Part shown: piece after piece, positions 15,304 to 30,300 of the stretch | Layout of the letters: each line of letters starts with the position of its first letter | Numbering within the stretch: position 1 is the first letter of the stretch | NCBI RefSeq assembly: GCF_037042905.1 | Contig: NC_087251.1 | Coordinates: 10,728,001 to 10,792,000, forward strand | Origin: Lytechinus pictus | Taxonomy: Eukaryota | Direction of reading: 5' to 3' | DNA: 64,000 nucleotides | Program-made: the position numbers and the translations under genes | Notes under the pieces: generated by a model | Told to the model about the DNA's origin: nothing | Databases searched by the model: none | The model's input: only the letters and a program-made list of their open reading frames with translations

Positions 15304-15378
15304 CTAGCTTCTCTCCACGATACGTAGATACATGTCATCATCAGGTTTGAGGCTCATCTTGGCAAATTTAGGGGGAAC
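15304..15378 (-). CDS. CYP exon 13 (terminal)
   Basis: gtcag|GTTCCC...; VPPKFAKMSLKPDDDMYLRIVERS*. Confidence 0.9.
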   Translation of the reverse strand, partial: VPPKFAKMSLKPDDDMYLRIVERS

Positions 15379-18300
15379 CTGACCAGGAAATGATGATGAG
15401 AAGAGGAAACATAAATACAATTCATTATTGATTACGGCCAATCAAGTATTGACAACAAGATCTTTATTTAAAGTATGCAGTGACATCAGAAGGCACAAGT
15501 GACTTTTCATAAAATACAATGGTAAATTATACATTCATGGTTAATTTATTTATTTCAAAAACAAAAAAATACATATATGGCATTAACAAGAAATACAGAT
15601 TTCTGTTCATTTTATTGCATCACTACATGGAATTTGTATTTAAGTCTCGGTTCTGTTTTGGCTAAAAATCACTTTTCTAACCAGTTACTATGGTAACTAT
15701 TTTTTCCAGAGTTTAATTCATTTATTTCTTTTCTTCATATTAAAAATTACACACGTCCATAGACGGCCAGCCTAAAAAGTGAGAGACATATATCGAACAT
15801 AGCAAGCAATACAGAGGAAAACATACTTCACATAATTATACTAACAATCAATTAAATACAATAATAAAAATATTGCATTAGTATTTGGTGCAAAGGTCTT
15901 TGTAACAATGTATTGTAAAGTTGTGGAATAAATAGGTTATCATTGTGAGTAATAAAATTTCTTTGACGAATATCATAGCATCATGCATAGAATCAAGTTA
16001 ATGAATTTAAATCAGTCATGATGGTTCCAAGATCTTACATCATATACAAATTCTTAAGTGCATTTTAATCAACAACTTCCAATCATTTCCAGATGATTCC
16101 TCACAAAATTCAATCTAATATAAACTAGAACTAAACCAAGAAAGGAAAATTAAACTTACCGGAGTTTCTGGGCAGGTTTCAAAGCGGTACTTCTGAAGAA
16201 GACGAATGATGGCCATCTTCATTTCCATCAAGGCAAACCTCATCCCGATGCAATTCCTCGGACCAAAACCAAATGGTAACCAGGCCAATGGGTGGCGCCC
16301 TTCACGATTCTCCTTAGTAAATCTTTCGATGAAGAAAATGTGGGTCTTGTTTAGAAGTAAAAAGTTGTTTTATGACACTAAGCTTGCATGTGAGATTTCT
16401 TTATCATCAGAGGAAAGAGTGTCAAAACCAACTGATATAATTACAGTAAACCAGAATGATCTTGAATCTTACAATTTTATAAAATATGATCAGTTTCCTC
16501 CAAAAACTATTAAAGGAATGCATCAATATTTATTAAATTTCTCAGAAAATTGATCATGAAATTTGAGTTGGATCTGAGAGTCAGAGCTACCAAGTTCAAA
16601 GACCAGCTAAGAGAGATTTTCTGTGACTCGGCAAGTGATCTCAGGCATTGTTTATATTTATGGGGATAGGCTGTGATACATGCGTGAGAGACAGATTTTT
16701 CTTAAGAGCACACATAGTTGAAAAGTTACCTATCGGGGTTGAACTTGTCTGGTTCAGGCCAGATTGCAGGGTCACGATGGATAGCAAAGGAAGGGAAAAT
16801 GACTTGAACCCCCTTTGGAATAGTGATACCGTTGCACACATGTGTCTCGTTGCACTCTCGTTCAATTCTGTAAAAAAAAAAATGGTACAAAATTAATAAA
16901 CTATCACATGAAAAATTGTCATGAACTTGCAATTCGCTAATAATCATTGCATTACTTTGAAAACTGACTTGAATGAGTAACTTCACTTTTTTATTCAAGG
17001 TGTTTCACATGGGTGCATTTTGGGACTCATTTTGTTTGAAATCATTTAAGAAGGGTCTAAAAGTATTCTGCAAACTTACAATGACTTTCCTTTTGTATCT
17101 ACACATCCAATGACATATATTAAGGCAGCTATCCACAAGATACACTTATACTTCTATACTATATTAATTTAATACTTAATACTCACACAACAGCAGCAGG
17201 GTAGAGTCGAAGAGTCTCACAGACAACATTGTCCAGGTAAGGCATCTTTGCAATGGATGTATAGCTAACATCATCTCTAGTTGGGGTCAGACTGTCAATT
17301 TCTTCAATGAGTTTTTCTTGAACATCAGGATTTGCAGCCATGGCATATGCCAAGAATCCCAGAGTAACATTGATGGTTTCATAACCAGCCAAAAAGAATA
17401 TCATAGCCTAGTAGAGGGAAAGAGGCAAGTTCAAATTCTTTGACTTTGCAATTAAATGGGCAGATCCAAATCAGACAATATTCTAAATTACTATATATAA
17501 AAAGCCACAAAAATTAAAATCAGTTTATCTGGCAGGTCAACTCATTCATGACAACATAAAAAAAGACAAAGGCATATCATTGGTGAGAGAGAAAAAAACC
17601 TTTAACTATAAATGACTTGCATTCAATGGAATCAATCTTTCAAGTACATTAAACTTGACATAATAACAGCAATTGTTATGCCTTCTGGGGAAAATTTCAA
17701 GTGGTATGATTTTCCTCTTTAAAAGAAATCACTTTGATAAGACTTAAAACTTCAAAATGGACAAGGTCAATATTTTACTTCATTTTTGGTGAACAAACTT
17801 AAAGCAGCAAGCTATATGCTTGCAAACAAACCTATCATTTTTTAATAATAAAACTGCTTAAAATATTTAAGACATCATGAAGAAAGTTGTTTTGTGTGTG
17901 AAAATTAAGCTAAACAAAATAAAACCTTTTATAGGCAGGAATGAAGTTACCCATAAAAATATTGCCTTTATAATCTCCAAATATATTGACATTTCTTGTG
18001 ATGAGGTAAAAGGACAACAAATCTTTGTTAGGATATCCTGTATTAACCAATTCAGCCTGTAGAAGACTCACAAATTAAGGTATCATAAAAGTTTTAAAAG
18101 AAAAAAAGGTGTCTTTAAACATAGCTGACAATAAATAAAGACTACTTTGAGATATATCGAACTAAGTCAATCGAGAAAGAATATGATTACATAGATATAT
18201 ATACCTGACCATATATCTCATCCCTCGTTAGAGTTGTCTTCTTGCTCTTCTTGAAGTAGCTTTCATTTTCCTGTTCATCAACTGAAGCATGGATATCATC

Positions 18301-21300
18301 TTCTGCTTTCTTCTCTTGCAATTTCTCTTCTTTTATCTCATTCTCTGATTTGTAACCCTGCTCTGCATTCACTAGAATCTGAAGAAAGTCCTTCATCTGA
18401 GAGAACAGGATATAAGGAAGTGGTGGTGATGTAGGCAGTTTTCAAGAGTAAATAAATGCTTTGTGAATGAAGCGAATATTTGTAAAGATGGTATGTAAAA
18501 CTTGGGCATAGGTTCAGTTTCAGACCCATTTTAAGTTATTTTTTGAGGGATACGGGAACAGCTCAAAATATTTCCTAACTTTTTTTTCTTGATTTGGTAA
18601 AACCAGAAATGAACAATTGTTGTTGATTCTGAACACCTGTACAAGTTCTTCAAATTGTTTCATCATAAAGTATGAATGTCAGACATTGCTATTTTCTCAA
18701 CATTTACACCCTTCACACTATCATCCTGTGATAAACACAATTTACCTGAACACTTGTCATAATGCAGACTACCAAAGTCTCAGGATTTAGGTCATAATAC
18801 CAAGACCCATTTAACTTTCTTCTTCTACTCTTCTTTGTCATTTCACTACTTCCTTTCAATGCTTTTAGTCTTGTACCCATCAGGGTAGTAATTACACATT
18901 ATTGATCCAGACCCCAGCCCCTTCTTCCCTGATAAGAATCTGACTACACCACATTGTCTATACATGTTTCTAGCATGAATGGACAAATGAACAAGTAGAT
19001 CATCACGTTCGATTTAGAAATACATTCAGGAATCTTATAAAAATATCATGCTAAAAAATTAATCCAAATCCAGCAGAGTTAACACACACAACTGATGTAA
19101 TGCTCAATTCATATTTGGTAGCAATGAGGACAGTAATCTGAAACAGATTAAATATGGTCTTAACACAAAATCATCTGGTACTCCACTATAGCCCAGGTTT
19201 CAGGAAATTTTGATATCTTGTTGTATTTTTGTATAAGTATCAATTCTCACTATAAATTAAACTCTAACAAATAACACCTTTTTCAGATTCTACCAAAGTT
19301 ACTGGCAGATCTTTCCATAGTGTACCTTTGAGCTTGGATTTTCCCTGCGAGCCGCAATAGTTTGATCAATTACAGTGATGAAAAACTTCTGAATTTCAGC
19401 TGACAGCATACTAACTCTGAAATATTCCATTATTTTGCCAATGTTAGGGAAAGTTCCTGATAAAAGAAACAAAGTTTAATGTGCATAATTACATCTTCAT
19501 CAATATTTAGAACACTCAATTCTACTGTTGGAAATTATACATATTTCTGTTCTTTAGCAAATCAAAGGTCAACTTTACCTCCTCCCCCACAAACAAAAAC
19601 AGGGAAAACTTCATTCAAATAAGAGAAATATCAAACCAGCATAAAACTTAAAATTTCACTAAAATCAGAAGCAATATTAGAAAGATATGACATTTCTATA
19701 GTTTCCCTTAATTCAAGAAACAGGGGATATGCAAGTGAGAGAGTGGTTGATGTCACTCACTATTTCATTTACATTTCAGTATATAAAATATAGAATATTT
19801 CAATTTGTGTATATTTGATGAAAAACAAGTCTAGCTTGAATAATAATAAGTTTGTAGTAACCTGCCATATTTTCTAAGCATTTTATCATTATTCAAAACA
19901 ACACTTTGTTCATATTTTGCATCTATCTGCACCAATCAAATCAATCAGAGCTCATCTTTATAATTAACCAATCAGTGTTCAGCATAATTTCACATCATTT
20001 ATTAAATCAGCAAAAGAACGTTAAATTTTGGACTTGGTCACCAATTTATTTAGTTCGCTTTTTCATCATGATCAATTAATTTGACACTTTGATCTAAAAA
20101 CAAAGTTGCAATAGTTTTATATGATTATGTGATATTAGGAGTTAAGTCACATTTCTTCATCACCTTTTGGAACCTAAGCAATTCTTCTGAGACCTACGGT
20201 GTAAGCAAGGGGGGGGGGGGGTGTTCTTGATATCTTTCTGATAGCTGGTCTGATCATGGAGATGTCCCCATACTGGTAATCTCAAGATATGTAGGAATCA
20301 GGAAATTATATTCTTTTAATTTGTATGGTTTTTATATACATTAGGTGATTTTTGGCCAAAGTCAGGCAATCATGCCATAATTCATTTAGTCAAGTACATA
20401 CATGATATGCTTTGGTACAAATTTTTAAATATCAGAATCATTGCTCTGTAATACAAACATTTACAGTAGTCTACTCTAAAGGTGAAAAGCAGACTCATAT
20501 GGACAAATCAAAACCAATTAAGCTTTTTTTTTATCTTGACATGTCGAATTCTTGTTGAATCAACTCACCAGCAACCATTACTTTCAATGAAATTCTTTTC
20601 TTCATCAACTCCCTTGCATTAGTGACGAATGGATCACTTGGGTTGTTCTGTGAATCTACCTGTAGTCCAAAAGCACATTTAGCAATTCCATCCATCGTGA
20701 ATGCTTCACATAAACTAAAAAAAGGGGGCAGAGAGAAAAGGGAATTCAAGAAAAAATTAGAAAGTGAAACATTGATCAACATGATATTAATAAGAATGTC
20801 AATAGTTGTCAAAAGACTGCTTGGTGCTACAACAGAATCATGACTCATTTTGAAGCTTTATGATTAATGCATGCAGCTGAGCAACTACAGGTCACCAATC
20901 GAAACAATCCTAACATTTACATTTAAAAAAATCTCAACATTGAGAAAAGATTAGGATTGGTCATTTAATTCCACCTCAGAAGAGCTCCCCAAATTTTTAT
21001 TACAAATACCAATTCAACTCCTCATTTTTTTAAGAAGCCATATTATTGACATGATATTTTTCACTGACATAAAATACCACAGGGGTAACTTTTATTGTTG
21101 TCAGTCATCATTATCATCATCATCAGGGATGTACAAACTAAGGGTTATTTGAAGATGTGAAAATAAATTAAATTCTTTCTGCAACAAGACCTAGAGCTAT
21201 TTCAAGTAGTTCTTATTAAAGATGAAATTTACCTGAAGACTTTCACCTTGCCATCCTTCTTCTGAATTTCTCCAAAGTTTTTCACCAAAGTATCAATAGA

Positions 21301-24300
21301 TTCATTGAGCAAACCTGACAGCTGAAATTAAATAAAATTTTTAAATTAGTGTGCAAAATACAGGAAGTAAATCCAATGCATGCTAATAGTATATAATGAT
21401 AAATGCTTTTTCCTCTTCACCAGGAAACATGCAATTTCCTCTTCAAGCAACCTACGTCCTAATTTAATCTACGACCTTTTTGACTGCATAACACTGATAA
21501 GATCACATAAATTAAAAGCTTGTCTATTTCATTATCAAGTCTGAGGTTATAACTTATAAGATACATTGCTTTAACGAAATGAAATGTATTTCTCACTAAT
21601 TTTACTACGCAATATTTATCTATACATTGATGCAATTTGTGTATTGCAATAATATAATGTCATCCCTTTGATATAAAACATGATCACCAATATGAGAGGA
21701 TGCACAATGTTATGAAATCAATTTCTACAGCAGCCAAAAAAAGATTTACGATGACAGATAGTTTCCATGGTAATGACATAGATACCTGTTTCATTTTGAC
21801 AGCACTGAAGGTTGGTGTCATGACATTCCTAACATCTTTCCAATGCTGGTCCCTTAGTGCTGATACTGCCTTGTCAAATGGTCGAGATTTCAACACAAAT
21901 TGCTGTTTGAATTTGAAAAATAACCATTTAAAGATTTAATTCATTGCTTTACATAAATGATGATTTATCACACTGCAATTTCAATACAATGACAATTGAA
22001 ATATGTTGTTTGGATAATACTAACCATTAAAAATATAAAAAAATAGAATTCTTGACTTTCAAAAATATGGGACAGTTATATAAATTATGAAAGAAAAATA
22101 GGAGAGAAGAGGAATTGGTGCAGATGGAGCACAAAATTAACAAGATAGATGAAACAATATCATTTATCAGTAAACCCATGAATATTTCTAATGTTTTTAT
22201 TTCAACTGGACTTTTGGTGCCTGATTGGAATCAGGTGATAAAAACTTGGCAAGTAACTATAGGCCTATATCCCACTTTGTTATTAAACCTGTGTGTGTCT
22301 ACAAAGAGTTTTGTGTATGGAGAGGTGTTAAATTTTACCTAAAAAAAGTAGTCCCTTTGCACTTCTGTGCTGGAAAATTTGTATCCGAATTATCTGATTG
22401 TAACCTATCTAAAGTATCTCATACAAATTTTGTGTTTTATATTTGATGTGAATTCTTCAGTCGGGATAAGATTTTAAAAGAATTGTATGCATGCTCACAA
22501 AGTAAATGTCTGTCTTGAAACCATTACATTTCTTAGGATTTGTTTTTAAGAAGAATAGATCTCTTTTCACCTTGTGGTTCATGAACTTGCTGAAGTTCTT
22601 TACTGTGATATCCTTTATCATGTCAAGGTCACTAATAAACAATGCAGGCGATCCAAACATGTACATGCTGTAAATTTAAAAAATAACAAATCAAACATTA
22701 GTATTATCAGAGAACAGAGCTAAACATTTTTTCAAATAAATATGAGTTTTACCAAAAAGCTTTATATATATCTGAAAATTAGACAGTCGAGAATTACATC
22801 TTTCTTCATGGTTTCAATTTTAATATTAGTGCTTATAAAGGGAAACAGTAAAGCTGATTGGGACTTTTGTATAAAATGAAAGGGAATATGTAATAATAGA
22901 CAAATTTGATAATTAAATTCTCTATAAAGAAATAGACTTTTGATCCATCTTAAATACTTGTAACATTATCACATAATACACTATACTACAAGAAATACAA
23001 CACTTGTGATGGATTTGATGGCATTAATTTTGGTTGTGTTCTTTCATTTGCTATACCGTCTTCCAATGGTTAGAAAGCTGTGAGCAACATACCAATTTAA
23101 ACTCATCCAAAGTAATCATGTAATTGTATTTTTATATCAGAATTGTATACTGCTGTGTAATGAAAATATATATCTGTTTCTGGTTATAATAGATCTTTAT
23201 TCTAGCAAATTCTTAATTCTAAAAGGAAATAAAACTACTTACCCATAGACCTTTCCATACTTCTTAATATTTTCTATAAGTTTCCAATGTAAGCCCTGTG
23301 ACAGAATCAAAGAAATTGCAGTTATGCCTGGCTTGCTTTAATTCTTCACACATGTACAAATTACCTGCATCATTTCTTGAATAATCACCCATACAGTCTT
23401 GCAAAGAGAATAGACTGTAAATTCATTAAAATAAGGCTACATCACAAAAGTTACAAATTTTGTAGATCTATCTCTGCATCAAAATCGAGCATTAAATTAT
23501 TTGTACTTTGTGAGAAATTATTTTGCAATATTACTTTATTTCGATGTTAACTATAATCATTTCTTTAGTCACTCTACACATCACAACACAACATATACTT
23601 TTCGGGCAACGCCTCTGTATATTGTGTTACGGACAAGGTACACATCAACATTGATGGCTGTGGTTACGATCCAAATTGTTAGGATAAATGCAAGTTACTT
23701 TTTGCATTAAAAAATTATAGTGCAACAGACTCTTCATATAAAAATATATGTTGACCAGTTGTTAAATTTTCTATGTTAATCTATCATAAAAAAAATACCA
23801 ATCTGAACAATGTTCTGGTAAAATTTAAGATGGTATCTTGCTAAACGGTTGGCTGCCATTTTATATTCTAAATTTAAATACTGTAGATTTTATAAACTTC
23901 AGTTTTAAAACTTTTAATTTAATTTTTCATTTATGTGTAACTTAATGATCTTCAGACTATCAAATTAAACAAATTATAAAAGAAATATTAGCATTCTGTC
24001 AGTATTATGTAGATTCTGTTATTCTTACTTACTTCAAATAAATCAAGAGAATTTCCAAGAAATGGAAGTGGTGTAGGCCCCTTGATTCCTTTCCGCTTGA
24101 AATATGTCAACTGCCAAACTTGATGCCTTTTGATAAAATGAGAAAGTAGTGAAAAATCTGCTCCATGATACAAGTTCAAAATTCATGTTAACTAGATGGA
24201 TTGTTGATTGCAAGCAAGCAAAATTTATGGCTGTGCATTTTCCACATTAAAACTGTAATTACAGTATTTGAAAAACACACAAAAAACGTTGAATAATGAC

Positions 24301-27300
24301 CTAGATATGACCAGGGGTGGATCCAGGATTTTTCAAAGGGGGGGGGGCACATTTTCCCCAAGGAAAAATTTGACAAGACAAAAAAAAAGGGTTTTGACAA
24401 AATATTAAGGGGATTTTGTCCATGAAAAAAATTTGACAAGCCCCCAAAAAAGGAGGGGAGGGGCACACTTCTGTTTTAACGTCATTTTTACATTACAGAT
24501 TTTAATTGTTCCTCTAAAAGAGGGGGGGGGGGGGCACGAGCCGGCTGTACCCCCTGGATCCACCAGATCCACCAGTATGACCTTTTACCTTGTGCCCCCA
24601 AAATCAAATCAGCTCATCCTCATTCATATGCATGTATATGCAAAAACATGTTGTAATGAACCAGGGTTGGAACTTGGTGGTTAAATTGGTTCTTCATAAA
24701 TCATGAGAAAAGTAAAATGACCTCTGTGAAATGAATTTTGACCTCATTAAACAAAATCTTATATTTTCATCATCATCATCTGCTGTAATCTTCAGAGGGC
24801 TGTGCAGCCTCAAAGACAAAATTAGACTTTAATGCACATTATTTTTACCCCTCACGTAATTTATGCATACATCCACATGAACCAAATTGATCCCAATAAC
24901 AATTTGACATTGAGAGAAATTGAGAACAAGATGACAATTGATGTATGTATCATCTCTGTGACTTTTGACTTTGACCTCATGACTCCTAAATGTATTCAAA
25001 TCATCATCTTTCTCGTATAAGCCAAGTTTGAAATTGATCCCTAAAACAGTTCTCTGGTTACTGCAAGATGACAAGTCCACCCAAACAAAAAGTTGATTTG
25101 AATAAAAAGAGAAAAAATCCAACAAGCACAACACTGAAAATTTCATCAAAATCGGATGAAAAATAACAAAGAAATGACATTTTAAAGTTTTGCTTAATTT
25201 CACAAAAACAGTTATATGCATGCATGTTTTATACTATATGGTTCAGTCAAGTTGGTCCTTCTTGTGAAATATGTAAAAAAAAAAAAATTGTATAATTCAA
25301 ACAATAAATAGCAAAAGAAATAGAGTGAAGTACATCATCGACTGTCTCATTCACATGTCACTGAATTGTGCATATCACTATTTTGTGAAAGATAAGTGAA
25401 ATTTTAACAGTCATAACTTTTTTATTTTACATCCAATTTTGAGGAAATTTTCAGCATTATGCTTGTCTGATTTTTTCTATATTGATTCAAATTAACATTT
25501 CTCTGAGGTGGACTTGACCTTTAAAGCTAAAGTCTACCTCATAAAAATTTTGATTTGAATGAAAAGAGAAAAATCACACAAGCATAATGCTGAAAATTTC
25601 ATCAAAATCAGATGTAAAGTAAGAAAGTAATGACATTTTGAAGTTTCGCTTATTTTTCACAAAATAGTTATATGCGCAATTTAGTCACATGCAAATGAGA
25701 GAATTGATGATATCCCTCACTCACTATCTCTTTTGTTTTTATTGTTTGAATTACACAATATTTCAATTTTTACAAAATTGACAATAAGGACAAACTTGAC
25801 TGAACCATATAATTTTAAACAATGGTAATTCTACGATGTCATGAATAATATGCAAATGAACTGGTTGACCCTGAGGTCAATCCGCATACATGTGCGCGAT
25901 GTAAGCGATCGGACAGTTATAAGTATGGAGCAATAAACCAGTAAATGCTTGCAATATATATGGACTGAATTCTTATCCATCTAACCCGTGGTTTAATTAA
26001 GGTTGAGATGTGACACTGGCGACAAGCATGTTTAGTATATTTTTGGACTTTTGAGCAAGGAACATGGCTTCAGGAGGAATTGAAATGTCTGGTGTCAAAA
26101 GGGTAAATGTGTTCGATACGGATGGAGACGCAAGTGTTGTGAGTGCGCGGTGGACTGCGTGGTATGAAGAGTTTGATGCCTACACCGACAGTCTCGGGCT
26201 GTTTGAGGAGGACGATACACCGGCGTCACAACTCACCAGACGGAGGGCTTTGCATCTTTACTGTGCTGGAGCATCAGTACGTGAGATTTTTAAGACATTG
26301 GCCAATACTGGAGGCAAGGCTGATTACAAGGCAGCTGTTGATGCCCTAAATGCACATTTTGTTATTTCTTCGAATGCTACATTCCAACGCCATGTTTTCA
26401 GACAAGTTTCTCAGCAGGAAAGGGAAACTGTAGCTCAAATGGTAACTAGGCTGAGAAAGGCAGCTCAAGGGTGCAATTATGGTGCTCATGAGGATAATCA
26501 GATCAGAGATCAAGTCGTACAGAATTGCAGAAGCAATAATCTACGTCGTAAGCTGTTGGAGAAGGGGCAGACTCTTACTTTAGCAGAGACTTTGGTCATC
26601 GCCAAGTCGTTTGAGGCGGTTGAAGCACAGTTTCAGTCCATGAAACTAGATGGAAGGTCTGGTGGAGGCCAATTGAACCAGCTCCCTACCAGCTCTGGGA
26701 AGACGTCACATAGGAAGTCCAGTCGTAATGTTGCGAGTGGACATGAGTGCTATCGATGTGGAAATCTAGGTCATTTTGGAAGCGACGCTTCGTGTCCAGC
26801 TAAAGGCAAGAAATGTAAATCATGTGGAGGTCGCGATCATTTTGCAAAGAAATGTAAATCAAAGAGCAAGAAGAAAGCCAAGTGGGGAAGAGAGAAGACA
26901 AGGAAAGATCCGGTACTAGTTCAGGACTTAAGTCAAAGAAAGGTCGGGGTCGAGTACGTCATGTTGAAGGTAACTCTTCGAGTAATGATAAGGCTGTTGC
27001 TGACTGTGACTGTAAACACAAAATCAGAGATGAAAAAAAACTACCAATTTGCTGTGTATGATATAACGAGTCAGCACGAGAAAGTTGATTTGATAATTGG
27101 TGGTGTGACGGTTCCTGTTATAGTTGACAGTGGAAGTGACAGTAATGTCATTGACAGATTGTTGTGGGAGAATTGCGTGCGCGTCAAGGAGATGCAGCAG
27201 GAAATTATATCCTTATGCTTCCAAAGTACCTCTGCACACCATAGGCTGTTTTACCACCTTAGTAGAAGTTGGCAGCAGGAAACTTGAAGCAGAGTTTACT

Positions 27301-30300
27301 GTCATCGAAGAAGAGGGAGAGCCGTTACTTTAAAAAAGTACTGCGAAAGAACTTGGAATTCTTCAAATTGGGGTGCAGTCTGCTCAAGTTAACTCAGTGG
27401 TGCAGTCATATGAAGACCTCAAGAGTGAATTTGATGGTGTTCCATGGGGTCAGAAAGCTGAAGGGACGCCAAGTCAGACTGGCTGTAGATGAGACTGTTA
27501 AGCCAATTGCCCAACCTGTGCGCAGAACACCGTTTGGCCTAAGAGGAAAAGTAGAAACCAAAATCAAGGAACTCATGGAGCTCGATATCATAGAACCAGT
27601 CGAGCACTCTACTACGTGGGTGAGCCCAGCAGTCATCGTGCCGAAACCCAATGATGACATCAGATTATGCATAGGCATGCGGCGAGTCAATGAGGCTATA
27701 CAAAGGGAAAGACATCCTATTCCCACGGTGGAAGAAGTGTTGCAAGAGCTAACTGCGAGCAAAATCTTCTCAAAGATTGACTTGAAATGGGGATATCATC
27801 AATTAGAGTTAGATGCAAACTCATGGGATGTGACAATGTTTGTGATCTACTGTGGACTGTACCGATATAAAAGACTGTTATTTGGTATCAATGCAGCACC
27901 AGAGATATACCAGTATGAAACAAACCGTGTCATCCAGGGGATACCAGGTGTAGCTAACATCTCGGACGACATTATCGTCCACGCCAGATCGCATGACGTG
28001 AGGCTTAGAGCAGTCTTAGCTAAGTTTGGAGAGGCAGGACTAACGGTCAATGCCCAGAAATGCAAGTTTGGAGTCACAGAGTTGGATTTCATGGGGCATA
28101 GACTTACCAGTGAAGGTCTGAATCCAGCCAAGGCCAAGGTGGAAGCAGTTGCAAATGCCAGAGAGCCACAGAATGAAACTGAGATGAGAAGCTTCCTGGG
28201 ACTTGTGAACTATTGTGCAAAGTTTATTCCAAACTTTGCTTCTCTCTCTGATCCTTTGAGAAAGTTGACCAGGAAAGATGTGCCCTTCGAATTTGGCCTT
28301 GAGCAGCGGAAGGCATTCAGTGCTCTGAAGGATGCCCTCGTTAGTGCAGAGACTTTAGGATACTATGATCCCAAGACACAGACGAAAGTGATTGCTGATG
28401 CAAGTCCAGTTGGTCTGGGAGCTGTTCTGGTGCAGATTCATGCTGAAGGACCAAGGATCATCGCTTATGCCAGTAAAGCGTTGACGAATGTGGAGAGAAG
28501 GTACTCACAAACAGAAAAAGAGGCCCTAGGACTGGTATGGGCATGTGAGAGATTCCACCCTTACTTGTTTGGAATCGAATTCCAGCTGGTGACGGATCAC
28601 AAACCATTAGAAGTCATGATATACTCACCAAGGTCAAAGCCGGGTGCACGCATTGAGCGCTGGGTGTTGCGGTTGCAACAATACAAGTATAAGGTGATGC
28701 ACGTACCAGGGAAGATGAACATAGCTGACTCTTTGTCAAGACTATTATCTAAGGATAGTAGTACAGCATCGAAGCTGGAGACAGAAGCTGAGTTTTGTGT
28801 GATTCATCGTTATGCAGTCTACTCCAGAGGCAGTGACCACTCGAGAGGTAGAAAGAGAATGTGAGCATGACCCAGAACTCAAAGAAATCAGAAACTGTAT
28901 CCAGAGTGGACATTGGGATCAGTGCTCACACAAATCTTATGTACCAATCAAAGATGAGCTTTGTGTGGTTGGGCAGTGCGTGTTGAGAGGAAGCAGACTA
29001 GTGATTCCAAGCACACTGCGGCCACGAATAGTGTCTCTAGCTCATGAAGGATACTAAGGAATTGTTGGTACAAAGCAAAATTTGAGAACCAAGGTGTGGT
29101 GGCCCGGATGCGAGAGAGGCGGAAAAGTTTGTAAAAACTTGCCACGGATGCCAGTTCACGAGCAGAGGCAACCCGCCAGAGCCAATAAGAACAACTCAGT
29201 TGCCTACAGGACCTTGGGTAGATGTTGCTGTAGACTTTTTAGGACCTCTACCATCTGGTGAATCCATTCTTGTGATCATAGATTAAGATATAGTAGATAC
29301 TATGAATATGTGATAATGCTATCCACCACATCAGAAAAGACTGGCAGCGCTGGCAGAAGTATTCGCGAGGCATGGCTTGCCACAGACGCTGTACTCAGAC
29401 AATGGACCGCAATTTGTTTCGCAAGTCTTTGCAGACTATATGAGAGTGACCGGTGTACACCACCATAGGGTTACACCTAAGTGGCCTCAAGCGAACGGTG
29501 AGGTTGAGAGACAAAACCAATCCCTAGAGAAGAGAATGAGAATTGCTCCGTCAGAAGGCAAGGACTGGAAGGAGGCCCTGTTGGTGTATGTTGCAGCCTA
29601 CAGAGCTACTCCACACAGTACAACTGGTAAGAGCCCAGCTGAGCTACTCTTCGGGCGGAAGATAAGGACGAAGCTTCCAGTAGCAAGCGAATCTCTAAAT
29701 GACAGGAACTGAGAGATCGTGATGCTGAGATGAAAGGCAAAATGAAACTGTATGCAGATGCCAGGAGAGGTGCTAAACATTCAGATGTTGTGCCAGGAGA
29801 CGAAGTTCTTGTGCGAAGAGAGGTTGCTAGCAAAATGGACACTCCTTTCATACCACAACCATACACAATGGTATCCAGACAAGGCAACATGTTGACTGTT
29901 CGCTCTCTCCAGAAGGGGTGGTGTGTGACAGAAATGCATCACACGTGAAAAGGTATAATCATCACAGGGCTGAGACTGGACTATCACAGTCTAACGTTGA
30001 TCTTGGTGTTCAGTTGACAGCAGAGAGGGGTGTTGAGACTATTGATCGACACCAAGATGAAGGAACTAACCATCCGACGGAAGTACCATCATCCAACCAG
30101 CCATCAGATCTCGTGTCTAGCAGACCAAAGAGGCATCGACAGAAGCCCAAGCGATTTTCGGACTATGCGCTGGAATGACATGGTGATTGGATAAATCTTT
30201 TGGAAACAATTATCCAGTGGAAGTGATGTGAACATTCATTCATTTAAGATATCAGTGTTACACATATTTCAAAATTTAATATCTTTAGCAAAGATATGTA

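Noticed and set aside
16206..16896. Plus-strand ORFs 16206-16553 and 16648-16896
   Set aside because: Antisense shadows of CYP exons 11-12
24312..24575. hAT-like MITE (CAGGGGTGGATCC...GGATCCACC)
   Set aside because: Probably real, but the right end is duplicated or degenerate and no clean TSD could be fixed, so it is not listed as a feature
27955..27975. RT active site ISDD instead of YxDD as a novelty
   Set aside because: Non-Tyr variants of this motif occur in Mag-like elements as far as I recall; both Asp residues are present
27406..28137. Minus-strand ORFs within the first pol (likewise 61414-63466 in the second)
   Set aside because: Antisense shadows of pol with no independent motifs
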